DNA of 64,000 nt. Source: Squalus acanthias (lineage: Eukaryota). The position numbers were made by a program, and so were the translations under genes. The stretch spans positions 107,820,001-107,884,000 of the forward strand of contig CM059432.1 of NCBI GenBank assembly GCA_030390025.1, in the 5' to 3' direction. The stretch's first letter is position 1. Every line of letters starts with the position of its first letter. The notes under the pieces are model-generated. The model did no database searches and was not told the DNA's origin. It saw only the letters and a list, made by a program, of their open reading frames with translations. This document shows, one piece after another, positions 24,920-38,914 of this stretch.

Positions 24920-25195
24920 CTTTGTCTTTCAAATGAGATGTTAAACAGATGGGCGTAAAAGATCCCATAGCACTATTCAAAAAAGAACAGGGGAGTTCTC
25001 CAAGGTGTCCTGGCCAATATTTATCCGTCAACCAACATCACTAAAACAGATTATCTGGTCATTATCATATTGCTATTTGTGGGACCTTGCTGTGTGCAAA
25101 TTGTTTCCTACATTACACTAGTGACTACACTTCAAAAGAACTTAATTGGTTGTAAAGCACTTTAGGATGTCCTGAGGTATGAATGCAAGTTCTTT
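24920..25195 (+). mobile_element. Deu-domain SINE, partial
   Basis: Same core and tail. Confidence 0.7.
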
Positions 25196-25238
25196 TTTCC
25201 TTTTCCTACTATCAAGTTTCCAGATACTCAGACTGAAT

Positions 25239-25989
25239 GGCCCAAAAATTCGGCCCTTCCCGGGTGAGTACGCACTGTGTACTCACCCGTATTCATTCCC
25301 GAAGTGCCGGTTTCCTGCATGCACTGCGCATGCGCGGGAAACCGGAACTTCCGGTATGGTGAAGGGGACGATTCCTAGGTGAGCCGCGTGCGCACTAGAG
25401 GCTGCGCGCACGCAGCACACTTAGGTTTTTTTTCAGGTTTCAACGCGAGGGTAAGTATTGAAGATTCTACGCTAATAAAACCCCTTTTGAACAAGGTAAG
25501 TAGTTAAGTAAGTATAATTTAAAATTTTTTTCAACAGGTTTATCTTTTTTTAGATACTTTAAAGAAAGGTAAGTTTATTTTTATAACTTTTAAAAAGTAT
25601 TTTAATTTTTTCAAAAATTTAAATTTTTGTTTAAAGTGGTTAATTTATTTAACTATAGTTATTTTATAAATGTGATGGTTTTAAAAAAAAAATTATTTTA
25701 AGTTTAGCTGTTCTTTTGGGGCCGATTTCAATTCACAGATTTGACAGGTCCTGTCAAATCTATGAATGAAAGATGGTCTGCTGCCATTGGCTCTCCATGG
25801 CCCACGTGATCCCAGGGGTCGCATCGCACTAACTGCGCCCCTGGAACACGCAAGCACTGCGCGCCGGCTCTTGGGAGAGGCCCAGGACCCGAAGTTCCTG
25901 TGGGCCCAAAACACAACGGCAGGCGCGGTGGGTAAGAGCGCGCGCGATCCTTACCCCCGCGGCAAGCCGGCCACGCGAATTTCTAGGCC
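25239..25989 (-). mobile_element. Harbinger-type MITE family 1, copy 3 (SDHA intron 13)
   Basis: Reverse complement of copies 1 and 2; flanks aat/att. Confidence 0.88.
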
Positions 25990-26177
25990 ATTATCTGAAT
26001 GCACAGTCCAGGCGTGGAGCCTCCCCTGCCAGGAGCACATATTGGGGTATCACAGGTACACTCCCACAAATTTCTATCGATTCATTTTAAAGGGTGGGAA
26101 ATCACAAGGAGCGTGCTTACGATTTCCCAACGTACGCTCCCAGGAAGGCGATGCTCTATGTTAGGAGCCACATTCTG

Positions 26178-26327
26178 AAAAATGGGCTCTCTAAAGCAAA
26201 CCCACAGCGCTATTTTAAAATGGGCTCTCTAAAACCCCAGTGCTATTTGAAAATAGGCTCTTTAAAACAACCTCACTGCTATTTGAAAATATGCCCACTA
26301 AAACAGACTCCCACTGGTATTAGAAAA
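26178..26327. repeat. Degenerate tandem repeat of about 36 bp (4 units)
   Basis: aaaatgggctctctaaa...gctattt repeated with decay. Confidence 0.65.
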
Positions 26328-26769
26328 GCTACCAAAACCAGAGAGGTACATCCTTGCTCACAGAACAAAAATAAATTCAATTAGGAGGACTAGGATGCTT
26401 TTAATAATCATTAGAAATTGACTCTCCGTTTACTTTCTCTTGCACTCCCCATTTCCTATAAAAGTGAAGCCTTTCTCCCAACACCTCACTGCAACTTTTG
26501 TTTGGAATTACTCTAAATTTGTTTTTCTCCTCAAAGTGGTGATTTGTACTGGTGCAAGGTTTCCTTATTTCGAGCAGCCCGCGTGAACAACCATCCCGCA
26601 TGAGCCTGGATGGTGCAGGCAGGCTGTTTGACTGTGGGGTGCGCAAGACGAAGCACAAACATTAAAGTCAAATTGTGTTTGAAGGCATTCGTATGGTTAA
26701 GGAAAAAAATAATTCTATTTATAGGTTTATAAATTCTGTAGATCACCAGCAATGTAGTGTAGGATTGAA

Positions 26770-27180
26770 AAAGAAAGAGACTTGCATTTATATAGCGCCT
26801 TTCATGACCTCAGGATGTCCCAAAGCATTTTACAGCCAATGAAGTACTTTTTGAAGTGTAGTCACTGTAGGGAAATACGGCAGCCAATTTGCATTCAAAC
26901 AGCAATGAGATAATGACCAGATAATTTCTTTTTAGTGAAGATGGTTGAGGGATAAATATTGTCCAGGACACTGGGGAGAACTCCTTGCTCTTCTTCAAAT
27001 AGTGCCAAGGGATCTTTTACAATCACCTGCAACAGGCAGACGGGGTTTCAGTTTAATATCTCCTCTGAAAGCTAGCACATCTGACAGTACTGCACTGAAT
27101 TGTTAGCCTAGATAGTTGGCTCAGGTGCTGTAGTGGGGCTTGAACCCATGACTTTCTGCCTCAGAGGCAAGATTGCTCCA
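26770..27180 (-). mobile_element. Deu-domain tRNA SINE
   Basis: Reverse complement of the 62103-62500 family. Confidence 0.75.
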
Positions 27181-27714
27181 AGCTAACTTTTAAAATTACT
27201 TTTACACACAGCCCTCAATAAAGACAATATCTACACAACATGGTGCGAGTAATTCCCTTTTATCAATTACCCGTCTCAACCAACTGTTCCTAGCTGAACA
27301 GCTACTGAGCATGAAAGGTCAAAGCGAAGAGATTAGCATTGCACTGGCTCATGGCCATAGATAGATATCATCAGCTGTCATAGCTGCCAGCTGCAAACTG
27401 TCTCTAAGCAAAGTCTCAATCTTAATTGAGACACCAAGATGACCAAGTAAAGGTGAGTTACTTTCTTACACAAAGGAAAAGAAAAATCAAAGGAGAGTCA
27501 ATTCAGTCCACTCTCAAACCAATAGCCAGACATGAAACATTTGGAGAGAACACGGAGTAGGTTGCAAGTTTGCTGTCATCTGGGAAATGGTAACTGGCGG
27601 AGGGAGTAAGAAGAAAAGTATCGGTGGCTACAGTGTGCAATAGATGTTGGGTTCTCAGGAGTACTTACATTATGGGGGAATATTTTCACTCTTTGCTGTC
27701 GATGGCAAGATATT

Positions 27715-30700
27715 ACATAGAATTATATATAACTTAGAATCATAGAAACTTACAGCACAGAAGGAGGTCATTGAGCACGTCGTGCCTGTGCTGGTTCTGA
27801 AAGAGCAGTCGTGCTTAGTCCCACATCCTCGCTATTTGCCCGTAACCCTGTAAGTGCCTCATCCTCAAGGACCTGTCCAACTCCCTTTAAAATTATTTCT
27901 GGAATCAGCTTCCACCACCTTTTCAGGTAGAGCGTTCCAGATCCCGACAACTCTCTGAGTAAAAAGATTCTCATCTCCCCTCTAGTTTTTTTTCCAATGA
28001 TTGTGAATCTATGACCTCTAGTTATTGACCCACTCGCCAGAGGGAATATTTTTTCCCTATTTACTGTATCAAAACCTCTCATCATCTTGAAAATCTCTAT
28101 TAGGTCACCTCTTAACCTTCTCTGTTCCAAGGAGAACAGTCCTAACTTTTCCAGCCTCTCCTCATAATAGAAGTCCTTCATCCCTGGTAACATCCTGGTA
28201 AACCTCCTCGGTACCCTTTCTAAGGCCTTTATCTTTCCTGAAGAGTGTTGCCCAGAATTGTTCACAATACTCCAGCTGAGGCCTGACCAGTGATTTATAA
28301 AGTTCGAGCATGATCTCTTTGCCTTTATATTCTATTCCTCTATTTATAAACCCAAGTAACCCATATACTTTTTTTAACCAGCTTAACAACTTCCCCTGCC
28401 ACCTTTAAGTATTTGAGTATATGGACACCAAGGTCTCAGTTCATCTGCACTTTTCAAAATCGTGCCATTTATATTATGTCTTTCCATATTAGTCCTTCCA
28501 AAGTGCATCACTTGACACTTCTCCGCATTGAACGCCATCTGCCATGCTTCTGCCCATTTCACCATCCTGTCTAAGTCATCCAGAAGCCTATAACAAGCCT
28601 CATCATGATCTACTACTTTGCCAAGTTTTGTATCATCTGCAAACTTTATAATGCTGCTCCCTGCACCCGAGTCTAGGTCGTTTATAAAAATTGCAAAGAG
28701 TAATGGACCCAAAACTGACCCTTGGGGAACACCACTGCAAACCATCTCCCAGTCTGAAAAACATCCATCCACCACCACCCTTCACTTCCCGTCAGTGAGC
28801 CAATTTTGTATCCATACCGCCACTTTCCCCTTAATAACATAGGCTTCCGACTTCTTAATAAGCTTCCTGTATGGCACTTTTTCAAATGCCTTCCGAAAGT
28901 CCATATGTACAACATCTACTACACTACCTTGATCAACCTTCTGTTATCTCATCAAAGAATTTAATCAAGTTCATCAGACACGATTTGCCGTTAACAAATT
29001 CATGTTGATTTTCCATGATTAACCCATGCCCTCCCAAACAGAAATGTATTTTGTCCCCGGTAATGGCTTCCGATAACTTCCCCACCACCGATGTTAGGCT
29101 GACTGGCCTGTAGTTTCCTGGTTTATCCCTCTCCCCTTTCTTGAATAGTGGTATAACATTAGCAACCCTCCAGTTCTCGAGCCTGGACTAATGATCCGGA
29201 GACGTGAGTTCAAATCCCACCACGGCAGCTGGGGAATTTAAATTCAGTTAATTAAATAAATCTGGAATAAAATGCTAGTGTCAGTAATGGTGACCATGAA
29301 ACTATCGGATTGTCGTAAAAACCCATCTGGTTCACTAATGCCCTTTAGGGAAGGAAATCTGCCGTCCTTACCTGGTCTGGCCTATATGTGACTCCAGACC
29401 CACAGCAATGTGGTTGACTCTTAACTTCCCTCTGAAATGGCCTAGCAAGCCATTCAGTTATAACAAACCGCTACGAAACAAAATAATAAGAAACCGGACG
29501 GACCACCCGGCATCGACCTCAGCACCGACTATGGACAAGGCAACGGCACACCCAGCCCAGTCAACCCTACAAAGTCCTCCTCACCAACATCTGGGGACTT
29601 GTGCCAAAATTGGGAGAGCTGTCCCACAGACTAGTCAAGCAACAGCCTGACATAGTCATACTCACAGAATCATACCTTTCAGCCAATGTCCCAAACTCCT
29701 CCATCACCATCCCTGGGTATGACCTGTCCCACCGGCAGGACAGACCCACCAGGGGTGGTGGCACAGTGGTATACAGTCGGGAAGGAGTGGCCCTGGGAGT
29801 CCTCAACATTGACTCCGGACCCCATGAAGTCTCATGGCTTCAGGTCAAGCATGGGCAAGGAAACCTCCTGCTGATTACCACCTACCATCCTCCCTCAACT
29901 GATGAATCAGTACTCCGCCATGTTGAACACCACTTGGAAGAAGCACTGAGAGTAGTAAGGGTACAGAATGTACTCTGGGTGGAGGATTTCAATGTCCATC
30001 ACCAAGAGTGGCTCGGTAGCACCACTACTGACCGAGCTGGCCGAGTCCTGAAGGACATAATTGCCAGTCTGGGCCTGCTACAGGTGGTGAGAGAACCAAC
30101 ACGAGGGAAAAACCTACTTGACCTCGTCCTCACCAATCTACCTGTCGCAGATGCATCTGTCCATTGGTAGCAGTGACCACTGCACAGTCATTGTGGAGAC
30201 GAAGTCCCGTCTTCACACTGAGGACACCCTCTATCGTGTTGTGTGGCACTACCACTGTACTAAATGGGATAGATTCAGAACAGATCTAGCAGCTGAAAAC
30301 TGAGCATCCATGAGGCGCTGTGGGCCATCAGCAGCAGCAGAATTGTATTCCACCACAATCTGTAACCTCATGGACCGGCATATCCCTCACTCTACCATTA
30401 CAATCAAGCCAGGGGACCAACCCTGGTTCAATAAAGAGTGTAGAAGAGCATGCCAGGAGCAGCACCAGGCGTACCTAAAAATGAGGTGCCAACCTAGGGA
30501 AGCTGCAACACAGGACTACATGCATGCTAAAAAGCGGAAGCAGCATGCTATAGAGAGGGCTAAGCGATCCCACAATCAACGGATCAGATCAAAGCTCTGC
30601 AGTCCTGCCACATTCAGTCGTGAATGCTGGTGGACCATTAAACAACTAATGGGAGGAGGGGGTCCATGAATATCCCCATCCTCAATGATGGTGGAGCCCA

Positions 30701-32570
30701 GCACGTGAGTGCAAAACACAAGGCTGTAGCGTTTGCAACCATCTTCAGCCAGAAGTGCCGAATGGATGATCCATATTGGCCTCCTCCTGAGGTCCCCACC
30801 ACCACAGAAGCCAGTTTTCAGCCAATTCGATTCACTCCACGTGATATCAAGAAATGGCTGAGCGCACTGGATACAGCAAAAGCTATGGGCCCCAACAACA
30901 TTCCGGCTATCGTGCTGAAGATTTGTGCTCCAGAACTAGCCGCGCCTCTAGCCAAGCTGTTCCAGTACAGCTACAACACTAGCATCTATCCGACAATGTG
31001 GGAAACTGTCCAGGTATGTCCTGTCCACAAAAAGCAGGACAAATCCAATCCGGCCAATTATCGCCCCATCAGTCTACTCTCAATCATCAGCAAAGTGATG
31101 GAAGGTGTCATCGACACTGCTATCAAGTGGCACTTACTCACCAATAACCTGCTCACGGATGCCCAGTTTGGGTTCCGCCAAGACCACTCAGTTCCCGACC
31201 TCATTACAGCCTTGGTCCAAACATGGACAAAGGAGCTGAATTCCAGAGGTGAGGTGAGAGTGACTGCCTTTGACATCAAGGCAGCATTTGACTGTGTGGG
31301 GCATGAAGGAGCCCTAGTAAAACTGAAGTCAATGGGAATCAGGGGAAAAACTCTCCACTGGCTGGAGTCATACCTAGCACAAAGGAAGATGGGTGTGGTG
31401 ATTGAAGGTCAGTCTTCACAACCACAGGACATCGCTGCAGGAGTTCCTCAGGGCAGTGTTCTAGGCCCAACCATCTTCAGCTGCTTCATCAATGACCTTC
31501 CCTCCAACATAAGGTCAGAAATGGGGATGTTCGCTGATGACTGCACAGTGTTCGGTGCCATTCACAACTCCTCAGATAATGAAGCAGTCCATGCCCGCAT
31601 GCAACAAGGCCTGGATGACGTTCAGGCTTGGGCTGATAAGTGGTAGGTAACATTCGCGCCACAGAAGTGCCAGGCAATGACTATCTCCAACAAGTGAGAG
31701 TCTAACTACCGCCTCTTGACATTCAACGGTATTACCATTGCCGAATCCCCCACCATCAACATCCTGGGGGTCACCATTGACCAGAAACTTAACTGGACCA
31801 GCCACATAAATACTGTGGCAACAAGAGCAGGTCAGAGGCTAGATATTCTGCGGCGAGTGTCTCACCTCCTGACTCCCCAAAGCCTTTCCACCATCTACAA
31901 GGCACAAGTAAGGAGTGTGATGGCATACTCTCCACTTGCCTGGATGAGTGCAGCTCCAACAACACTCAAGAAGCTCGACACCATACAGGACAAAGCAGCC
32001 CGCTTGATTGCCACCCCATCCACCACCTTAAACATTCACTCCCTCCACCACCGGCGTACCGTGGCTGCAGTGTGTACCATGTACAAGATGCACTGCAGCA
32101 ACTCACCAAGGCTTCTTCAGCAGTACCTCCCAAACCTGTGACCTCTTCCACCTAGAAGGACAAGGGCAGCAGGCGCATGGGAACACCACCACCTCCAAGT
32201 TCCCCTCCAAGTCACACATCATCCTGACTTAGAAGTATATCGCCGATCCTTCATCGTCGCTGGGTCAAAATCCTGGAACTCCCCAACAGCAGTGTGGGAG
32301 TACCTTCACCACACGGACTGCAGCGGTTCAAGAAAGCGGCTCACCACCACCTTCTCAAGGGCAATTAGGGATGAGCAATAAATGCTGGCCTTGCCAGCGA
32401 CGCCCAGATCCCATAAACGAATTTTTAAAAAACTACTCCTGTATCCAATGAGGATTGAAAGATTGTGACCAATGCCTCTGCTATTCCTACCTTTGCTGCT
32501 TTCAGCAACCTAGGATGCATTCCATCCGGACCAGGTGACGTACCCACTTTCAGTAACGATAATCTTCTCT
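27715..32570 (-). mobile_element. CR1-type LINE (RT + 3' end), interrupted by the LINE at 29182-32432
   Basis: [36 protein letters not shown]; host resumes at 32433. Confidence 0.85.
29182..32432 (+). mobile_element. Near full-length ORF1-less APE-RT LINE (CR1/L2 group) with tRNA-like 5' head
   Basis: GTTCAAATCCCACCA B-box at about 29208; LLTNIWGL...ILTESYL...EDFNVHH (APE); YRPISLLS...PQGSVLGP...FADD (RT); aataaa...poly-A end; several stops and frameshifts. Confidence 0.88.
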
Positions 32571-32574
32571 ATTA

Positions 32575-35500
32575 TTAACTTACAGCACAGAAACAGGCCA
32601 CTCGGCCCAACTGGTCTATGCTGGCGATTATGTTCCACATGAGCCACCTCCCACCCTACTTCATGTAACCCTATCAGCAGAACCTTCTATTCCTTTCTCC
32701 CTCATGTACTTACCCAGTTTCCTCTTAAATGCATCTATGCTATTCGCCTCAACTATTCCATGTGGTAGCAAGTTCCACATCTTAACCACTCGCGGAGTAA
32801 AGAAGTTTCTCCTCAATTCCTTATTGGATATATTAGTGACTATTTATGGCCTCTAGTTTTGGATTCCCCCACCAGCGGAAACATTTTCTCTACATCTATG
32901 TTATCAAACCCCTTCATAATCTTAAAGACCTCATTAGGTTACCCCTTAGCCTTCTCTAAGAGAAAAAGAGCCCCAGCCTGTTCAATAATTCCTGATAAGT
33001 ATAAGCTCAGTGTTCTGGTATCATTCTAGTAAATCTTTTTTGCACCTTCTCCAGTGTCTCTATATCCTTTTTATAATATGGAGATCAGAACTGTGTACCA
33101 AGGTTCAAATCAAGTTTAACTTAACTTCTCTGCTTTTCAATTCTGTTCCCCTAGAATTGAACCCCAATGTTTTGTTTGTATTTTTATGGCATTGTTAACC
33201 TGCATTGCTACTTTTAATGATTTATGAATCTGTACCCCATGATTCTTTGCACCGCTACCCCATTTGGTCTCTTATTTTCCAAGGAGTATGTGGCCTCCTT
33301 ATTTCTCCTACCAAAATGCACCAACTCACACTTATCTATATTGAAGTTCATTTGCCATTTACAAGCCCATTCTGCAAGTTTATTAATGTCTTCTTGTATT
33401 TTGTCACTGTCTACCTCAGTATTAACTATACCCCCAATTTGGTGTTATCCACAAATTTTGAAATTGTACTTCCAATTCCCGAGCCCAAATCGTTTATGTA
33501 AATAGTGAACAACAGTGGTCCCACCATTTCCTACCTTTTACCAGTCTGTGTAACTGCCATTAACCCTGACTCTGTTTTCTAGCCAGCTTGCTATCCATTC
33601 TGCTACTTGTTCGCTGACTCCACATGCGCTGACCTTAGTCATGAGGCTACTTTCATGACCTTATCGAAGGCCTTTTGGAAATCCAAATATATTATGTCTA
33701 CTACATTACCCTTATCTACTCTTTCTGTTACTCCTTCAAAGAATTCAATAAGATTGGTCAAGAATGACCTTCCCTTTTGGAATCTGTGCTGACTACTCTT
33801 TATTATATTTTCAGTTTCTAGATACTTTTTATTACATCTTTGAGTAAAGATTCCATTATCTTTCCTACCACCAATGTTAAGCCATTTTGTCTATAGTTCC
33901 CTGGACTTGTTCTATTTTCCTTTTTAAATGCAGGAATAACATTAGCTGTCTACGAGCCCTCATATTCCCTTTTCTAATTTTTTAAAATAAATATATAATA
34001 GTGTCTCTGCTATTGGTTCCCTTGATTCTTTTAGTATGCACGGATGCAATCCATCCAGACCAGAGATTTCATTCTCTGTTAAGTTTAAGTTTGACTAGTT
34101 TATCAATTATCTCCCCCCCCCACCCCAATCCCACCATTTCTACCTTAAATGTCTTTATATCTTTTTAAATCTCTTCTTTTGAGGTCAGGTCTGCCCAGTT
34201 AAGTTTCCCTGGTAAATACTGAGGCAAAGTAATTTTTCAATATTTCTGCCATGTCACTGTCATTACCTGTGAGTTCATCTTGTGCATACCTTAGTGGCCC
34301 TATCCCTATTTTGATTTTCGTTTTGTTATTTATGTGTCTGTAGAATACTTTATTCTTTCTTTTTATATTCCTTGATAATTTAATTGCCTTCCTAATTGTT
34401 TTTTTTTCTTGTTTCGTATTCCCTTTTGTCATCCTCTCCTTTATTATCTATGTACTTAGTGTATGCCTTTCTCTTTAGTTTCAATTTTGTCTTCATAGAG
34501 TCATAGTCATAGAGTCATAACAGCACAGAAGGACGCCATTCAGCCCATCGAGTCCGTGCCAGCTCTCTGTAGAGCAATCCAGCCAGTCCCATTCCCCCGC
34601 TCTATCCCCGTAGCCCTGCAAGTGCCTATCCAGTCTCCTCTTGAAAACATTGAGTGTGTTCGCTTCCACCACTTCCGTCGGCAGCGAGTTCCAGGTCCTC
34701 ACCACTCGCTGCGTAAAAAAGTTTTTCCTCACGTCTCCCCTGTATCTCTTGCCCAAAACCTTAAATCTGTGTCCCCTAGTCCTTGTACCATCAACTAGTG
34801 GGAACAGCCTTTCCCCGTGTAGCCTATCCAAACCCGTCATAATCTTGTATACCTCTATCAAATCACCCCTCAACCTCCTTTGCTCTAATGAAAACAAATC
34901 CAGCTTCTCCAACCTGTCCTTGTACCCAAGATCCCCCATCCCCAGAACCATTCTGGTAAATCTCCTCTGCACCCTCTCAAGTGCCTTCACATCCTTCCTA
35001 AAGTGTGGTGACCAGAACTGGAAGCAATACTCCAGTTGTGGCCTAACCAGCGCTTTATAAAGGTTCAGCGTAACTTCTCTACTTTTGTACTCAATATCTC
35101 TATTTATGCTTTGCTAACCACTCTCAATATGTCCTGCCACCTGCAGGGACCTATGCACATTAACTCCCAGGTCCCTCTGTCCCTGCACACTCTTGAAAAC
35201 TGTGCCATTAAGTGTATATTGCCTCTCCCTGTTCCTTCTGACAAAATGCATCACCTCACACTTCTCTGTATTAAATTCCATCTGCCACTTATCTGCCCAT
35301 TCTGCTAGCCTTTCTATGTCCTGGCAGTCGATTGGTATCATCATCATCACTGTTTGCCACCCCCCCAAGTTTGGTGTCATCTGCAAATTTAGAAATTCTA
35401 CTCTGTAGTCCAATATCCAGGTCATTTATATATATATCAAAAAAAGCAGTGGCCCCAGCACTGACCCTTGGGGAACACCACTGTCTACCATCCTCCTGTC

Positions 35501-35950
35501 TGAAAAACAGCCATTTACCACAACTCGCTGTTTTCTGTCCTTAAGCCAATTCCTCATCCAAGTTGCCTCTTTATTCATCCATGGTTTCATCATTGGTTAG
35601 CTTGTTCTTGTTTTTTAGCAGAATAAATTTCTCCTGAACCCTATTGATCACCTTTTAAAATATTTCCCACTGCTGTTCTATCTGTTTGTCAATATTTTTT
35701 CCAGTTTATCTTCCCTAGTTCCATTCTCATCCCCTCAAAATTAGCTTTTTTCCCCAATCTATTACTTTGATCTTTGTCTTACTTATGCCTTCCTCAATCA
35801 TTATCTTAAACCTTATTCTGGTGTGATCGCTGTTGCCTAGATGTTCCCCTATGCTTACTTCTCTTAACTGCTCTGGTTCATTTCCCATTATTAGATCCAG
35901 CAGTATTTACTCTCTTGTTGGGCTTCTTACATACTGGGTAAGAAAGGAGT
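32575..35950 (-). mobile_element. Old CR1-type LINE with a younger CR1 (34494-35560) nested in it
   Basis: ORF fragments GIGPLR...AEILKNYFASVFT; younger copy has a (tatgactc)n-like tail and is near-identical to 63565-64000. Confidence 0.8.
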
Positions 35951-36401
35951 AGTTATTGCGCTTGAAACAGAAGAAATCTTTCCCCATAGTTTTGAGACTA
36001 TCAATCTTTCATTTGCTGTTTGAACATGGGACATGTTGAAATATAAAGAGGCAGAAAGCTTGATGGGATATTAAGGCTGGCTTAGCATATAGTATAGGGA
36101 GAAAACGCTACAAGATAGTGCGCATTTGTTTATTAACATGTGTTTTCTTTATATATTCACATAGATAATTACAATTACAATGAACTTGTGAGCCAAATGA
36201 ACTAACTTGGCAGAGAGCTTGCTGGGGGTTAAAAGTTAACTTAGCATACAGAAACGTAATTGAAAGACCGTGCCTGAACCTTGAAAAATTTTTTGCCAAA
36301 GAGGAGCTTTTTACGACAGTTGCCTAGGAAACTAGATTGGACATGCAGCTGCAGAGAGTATAAGTAAGGCTCCATTGTTCACATAGAAAAGCAGACTGAT
36401 A

Positions 36402-37254
36402 GGCCGGAATTTTCTCAAGGGAGGCGCGTTAGGGGGCTTCCGAGGTGGGCAGGAAACCCGGGTTTCCCGCAGGCCCTGCTGACTTTAATGACGGGCTGAT
36501 TTCAATGCAAGGCCTTGGATTCCCACCCGCAGCCAGCCAGATTGAGAGGCAGGTAGGCTGCAGATGTGAGGGGTCGGTCCGGGGTCGGGATCGTGGGTTC
36601 GGCATGATCATGGGGGGGTGGGGGTTGGTATGGTCGGGGATCGGGGTCGGCTGGAGGATCGGCAGGGGTTGGTGATCGGGAGGGGGTTGGAGGATCGGCA
36701 AGGGGTCGGCATGGGCTAGATCGGGTGGGGTGGATGAGTCTGGGGTGGGGGGGGGAAAAGAGAGGATCGGGGCCGGCCACTGGAGGATTGTGGCTGGCCT
36801 CAGCATCATTGGTGGGGTGGGGGGGGGAGGCTTCATGGTGGGGATCGGAGGCCTGGGAAGGCAATCGGAGGCCTCGTGGTGGGGTCTCCGATCACAGGGA
36901 GTGGGTTAGTTAGGGACCCTGGATCGAGGAGGTAGGTATAAAGCCGCTTACCTCCTGGATGCAGCAGTCCCCATCTCGGTTTAACTGCCGGGTTTCACGA
37001 ATTGTGTGAAACCCGTCCACAGGCAGCTAAACACAAAATGGAGGTGAAAAAAGAGGTTGCCAGCCTCATTACAACATTTAAATTAAGGTACCGCCCCCTA
37101 GGAGCGGGTTGGTTGCCTGCCTCCCATCCTGCCTCCGTCAATACTGGAAGTGGGCAGGTTGGAGGCGGGATCAGGTCGGGAATCCCATTTTTAAACAATT
37201 TAACTGCCCCCACACTTCAAATCCACCAGTTTCTTTCAGGGGAAAATTCCGGCC
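36402..37254. mobile_element. Harbinger-type MITE family 3
   Basis: Perfect 13-bp TIR GGCCGGAATTTTC; TSD ATA; G-rich ggatcgg-repeat interior. Confidence 0.88.
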
Positions 37255-37719
37255 ATAACATTTTGGGAGCAGATGAGATAAGGGATGCTACTTGACATGG
37301 GGCTTGGTTCAACATGGACACCATGGGAAGGTTACTAAAGGGGCGGTGTCATGTTAAATCAGGTGACAGAAAGAATCCAATCATGAGAGAAGAGGCAGAT
37401 TCAAGTTTAGTAAGGGGACAAGAATCATAAAAACAGACATTTTGTGCTTAGAAAAGTTAGTGTAGCGAGGGAAGAGTGAAGTGCATGTCTACATTTCTGT
37501 ACTTGTATCTGTTTAATCTACTCTGCTTGTAAAGTGCTTTGCATACTGACTGAAGAATTAAAAGGTATTGAACCTGAAGCAACAACTATTTTTGTTGCTA
37601 CTCAAGTAAAGAGACAACGTGGGTCTCTTCACCTACATCAATTACAGCTTTGAGTAGCCCATTGAGCCTACTCCATAATTCTGCTACACATGGCACCTCT
37701 ACTTTTAAAATCATAATTC

Positions 37720-38090
37720 AGTGCTCTTGCTCATGCCCGTTAATGCTCCTACTTCCCAAGTAAGCATCAATCTCTCTTTTAAACACTTGTATGGCCTTCT
37801 GGGGCAGTGTGTTCCACATCCTTGAAACCCTTAGTGTGAAGATGTTTTCCCCAAATCTGCTTTTAACCATCTTAGCTTGAATTCTAAAATGTTGTTTGTT
37901 CTGCACACCTCAACTAGAGGGAAAGCCCATTCCCTGACTACCCTTCATTATTTTAATACCTCAATCAGATCACCCTTTAACCTCATCTCCAGTTTTGAAC
38001 ATAATCCTAGTTTATGCATTCTCCCATCGTCACTCAGTCCCTTTATCCCAGGAATCATCCTGGTGAATCACTACTGGACTTTCATAACAC
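37720..38090 (-). mobile_element. Degenerate CR1 3' fragment
   Basis: FTLRVSRMWNTLP...FKREIDAYL. Confidence 0.6.
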
Positions 38091-38277
38091 TAGTCATGTG
38101 GAGTAGATTTAATGGTATCTGTTCGGGCTCTTTCTACTCATGGTAAATTGTGAAAAAACACATCTGTACTCAGTAACTGGCAGTAACTCATTTGACAGTA
38201 CAGTACTTCAGATACATTTGACCCAGCCAGTTTGTGCTGTATGATCTCCACAACACTGTCAAACAGATTACTCAAAC

Positions 38278-38408
38278 CTTGAAATCCTCCCTGGCATGTG
38301 CTCCCCTGCTTTCTTTGCGAGCCTCTGCACCATAGATAGTCTGTAGAGCACAGAGCATCAAATTCTGTAGCTCCAAGGTCTCAATCAGGTCAGAGTTCCA
38401 AACAATAC
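38278..38408 (-). CDS. SDHA: SDHA exon 13 equivalent
   Basis: (G)[43 protein letters not shown], read by hand (not in the ORF track); AG/GT; 131 nt. Confidence 0.96.
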
Positions 38409-38498
38409 CTGAAACAAAGAATGCAGCTCTTGTTAAACACAAAGTACTCATTTGGTAAATTTACTGCACGTTTGAACAGGACACAAATCATTGTTTAA

Positions 38499-38797
38499 AT
38501 TTGTTCTCGGGATGTGGGTGTTGCTGATAACAGTGCATTTAATGCTTGACCCTAGTTGCCCTGGTCAGTGGATTGCTAAACCATTCAGAGGGAATCAAAA
38601 ATCAACCACATTGTGTGGTCTAGAGTCACATATAGCCAGAACGATTTCCTCGAGCTTTTATAACAATCTGGCAGCATTAATGGTCAATTTGCTTTTCTGA
38701 TGCCAGCCCACAATTTACCAGATTTATTACATTCAATTTCACAATTTGCCATGGTGGGATTTAAACTTTTAACCTCTGAGCTGCTAATCCAGTTCAG
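38499..38797 (-). mobile_element. Bipartite SINE: 5' head plus 3' tail of the 29182 LINE
   Basis: 38500-38563 matches LINE tail about 32355-32420; 38565-38797 matches LINE head 29185-29460. Confidence 0.7.
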
Positions 38798-38914
38798 TTA
38801 CCACTACACTAAATGTGTTTCATTATGTGCTGTTATTAAAAGTAATCGCAATAAATTTGGGGCTTCTAAGACAGAGGCATATATTTTCCCTATTTGAAAT
38901 AAATATCAGCAGCA

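Noticed and set aside
26573..26628. Intronic hairpin (accatcc..ggatggt within agcagcc..ggctgtt) as snoRNA or SECIS
   Set aside because: No convincing H/ACA, C/D or SECIS motif arrangement could be found by eye.
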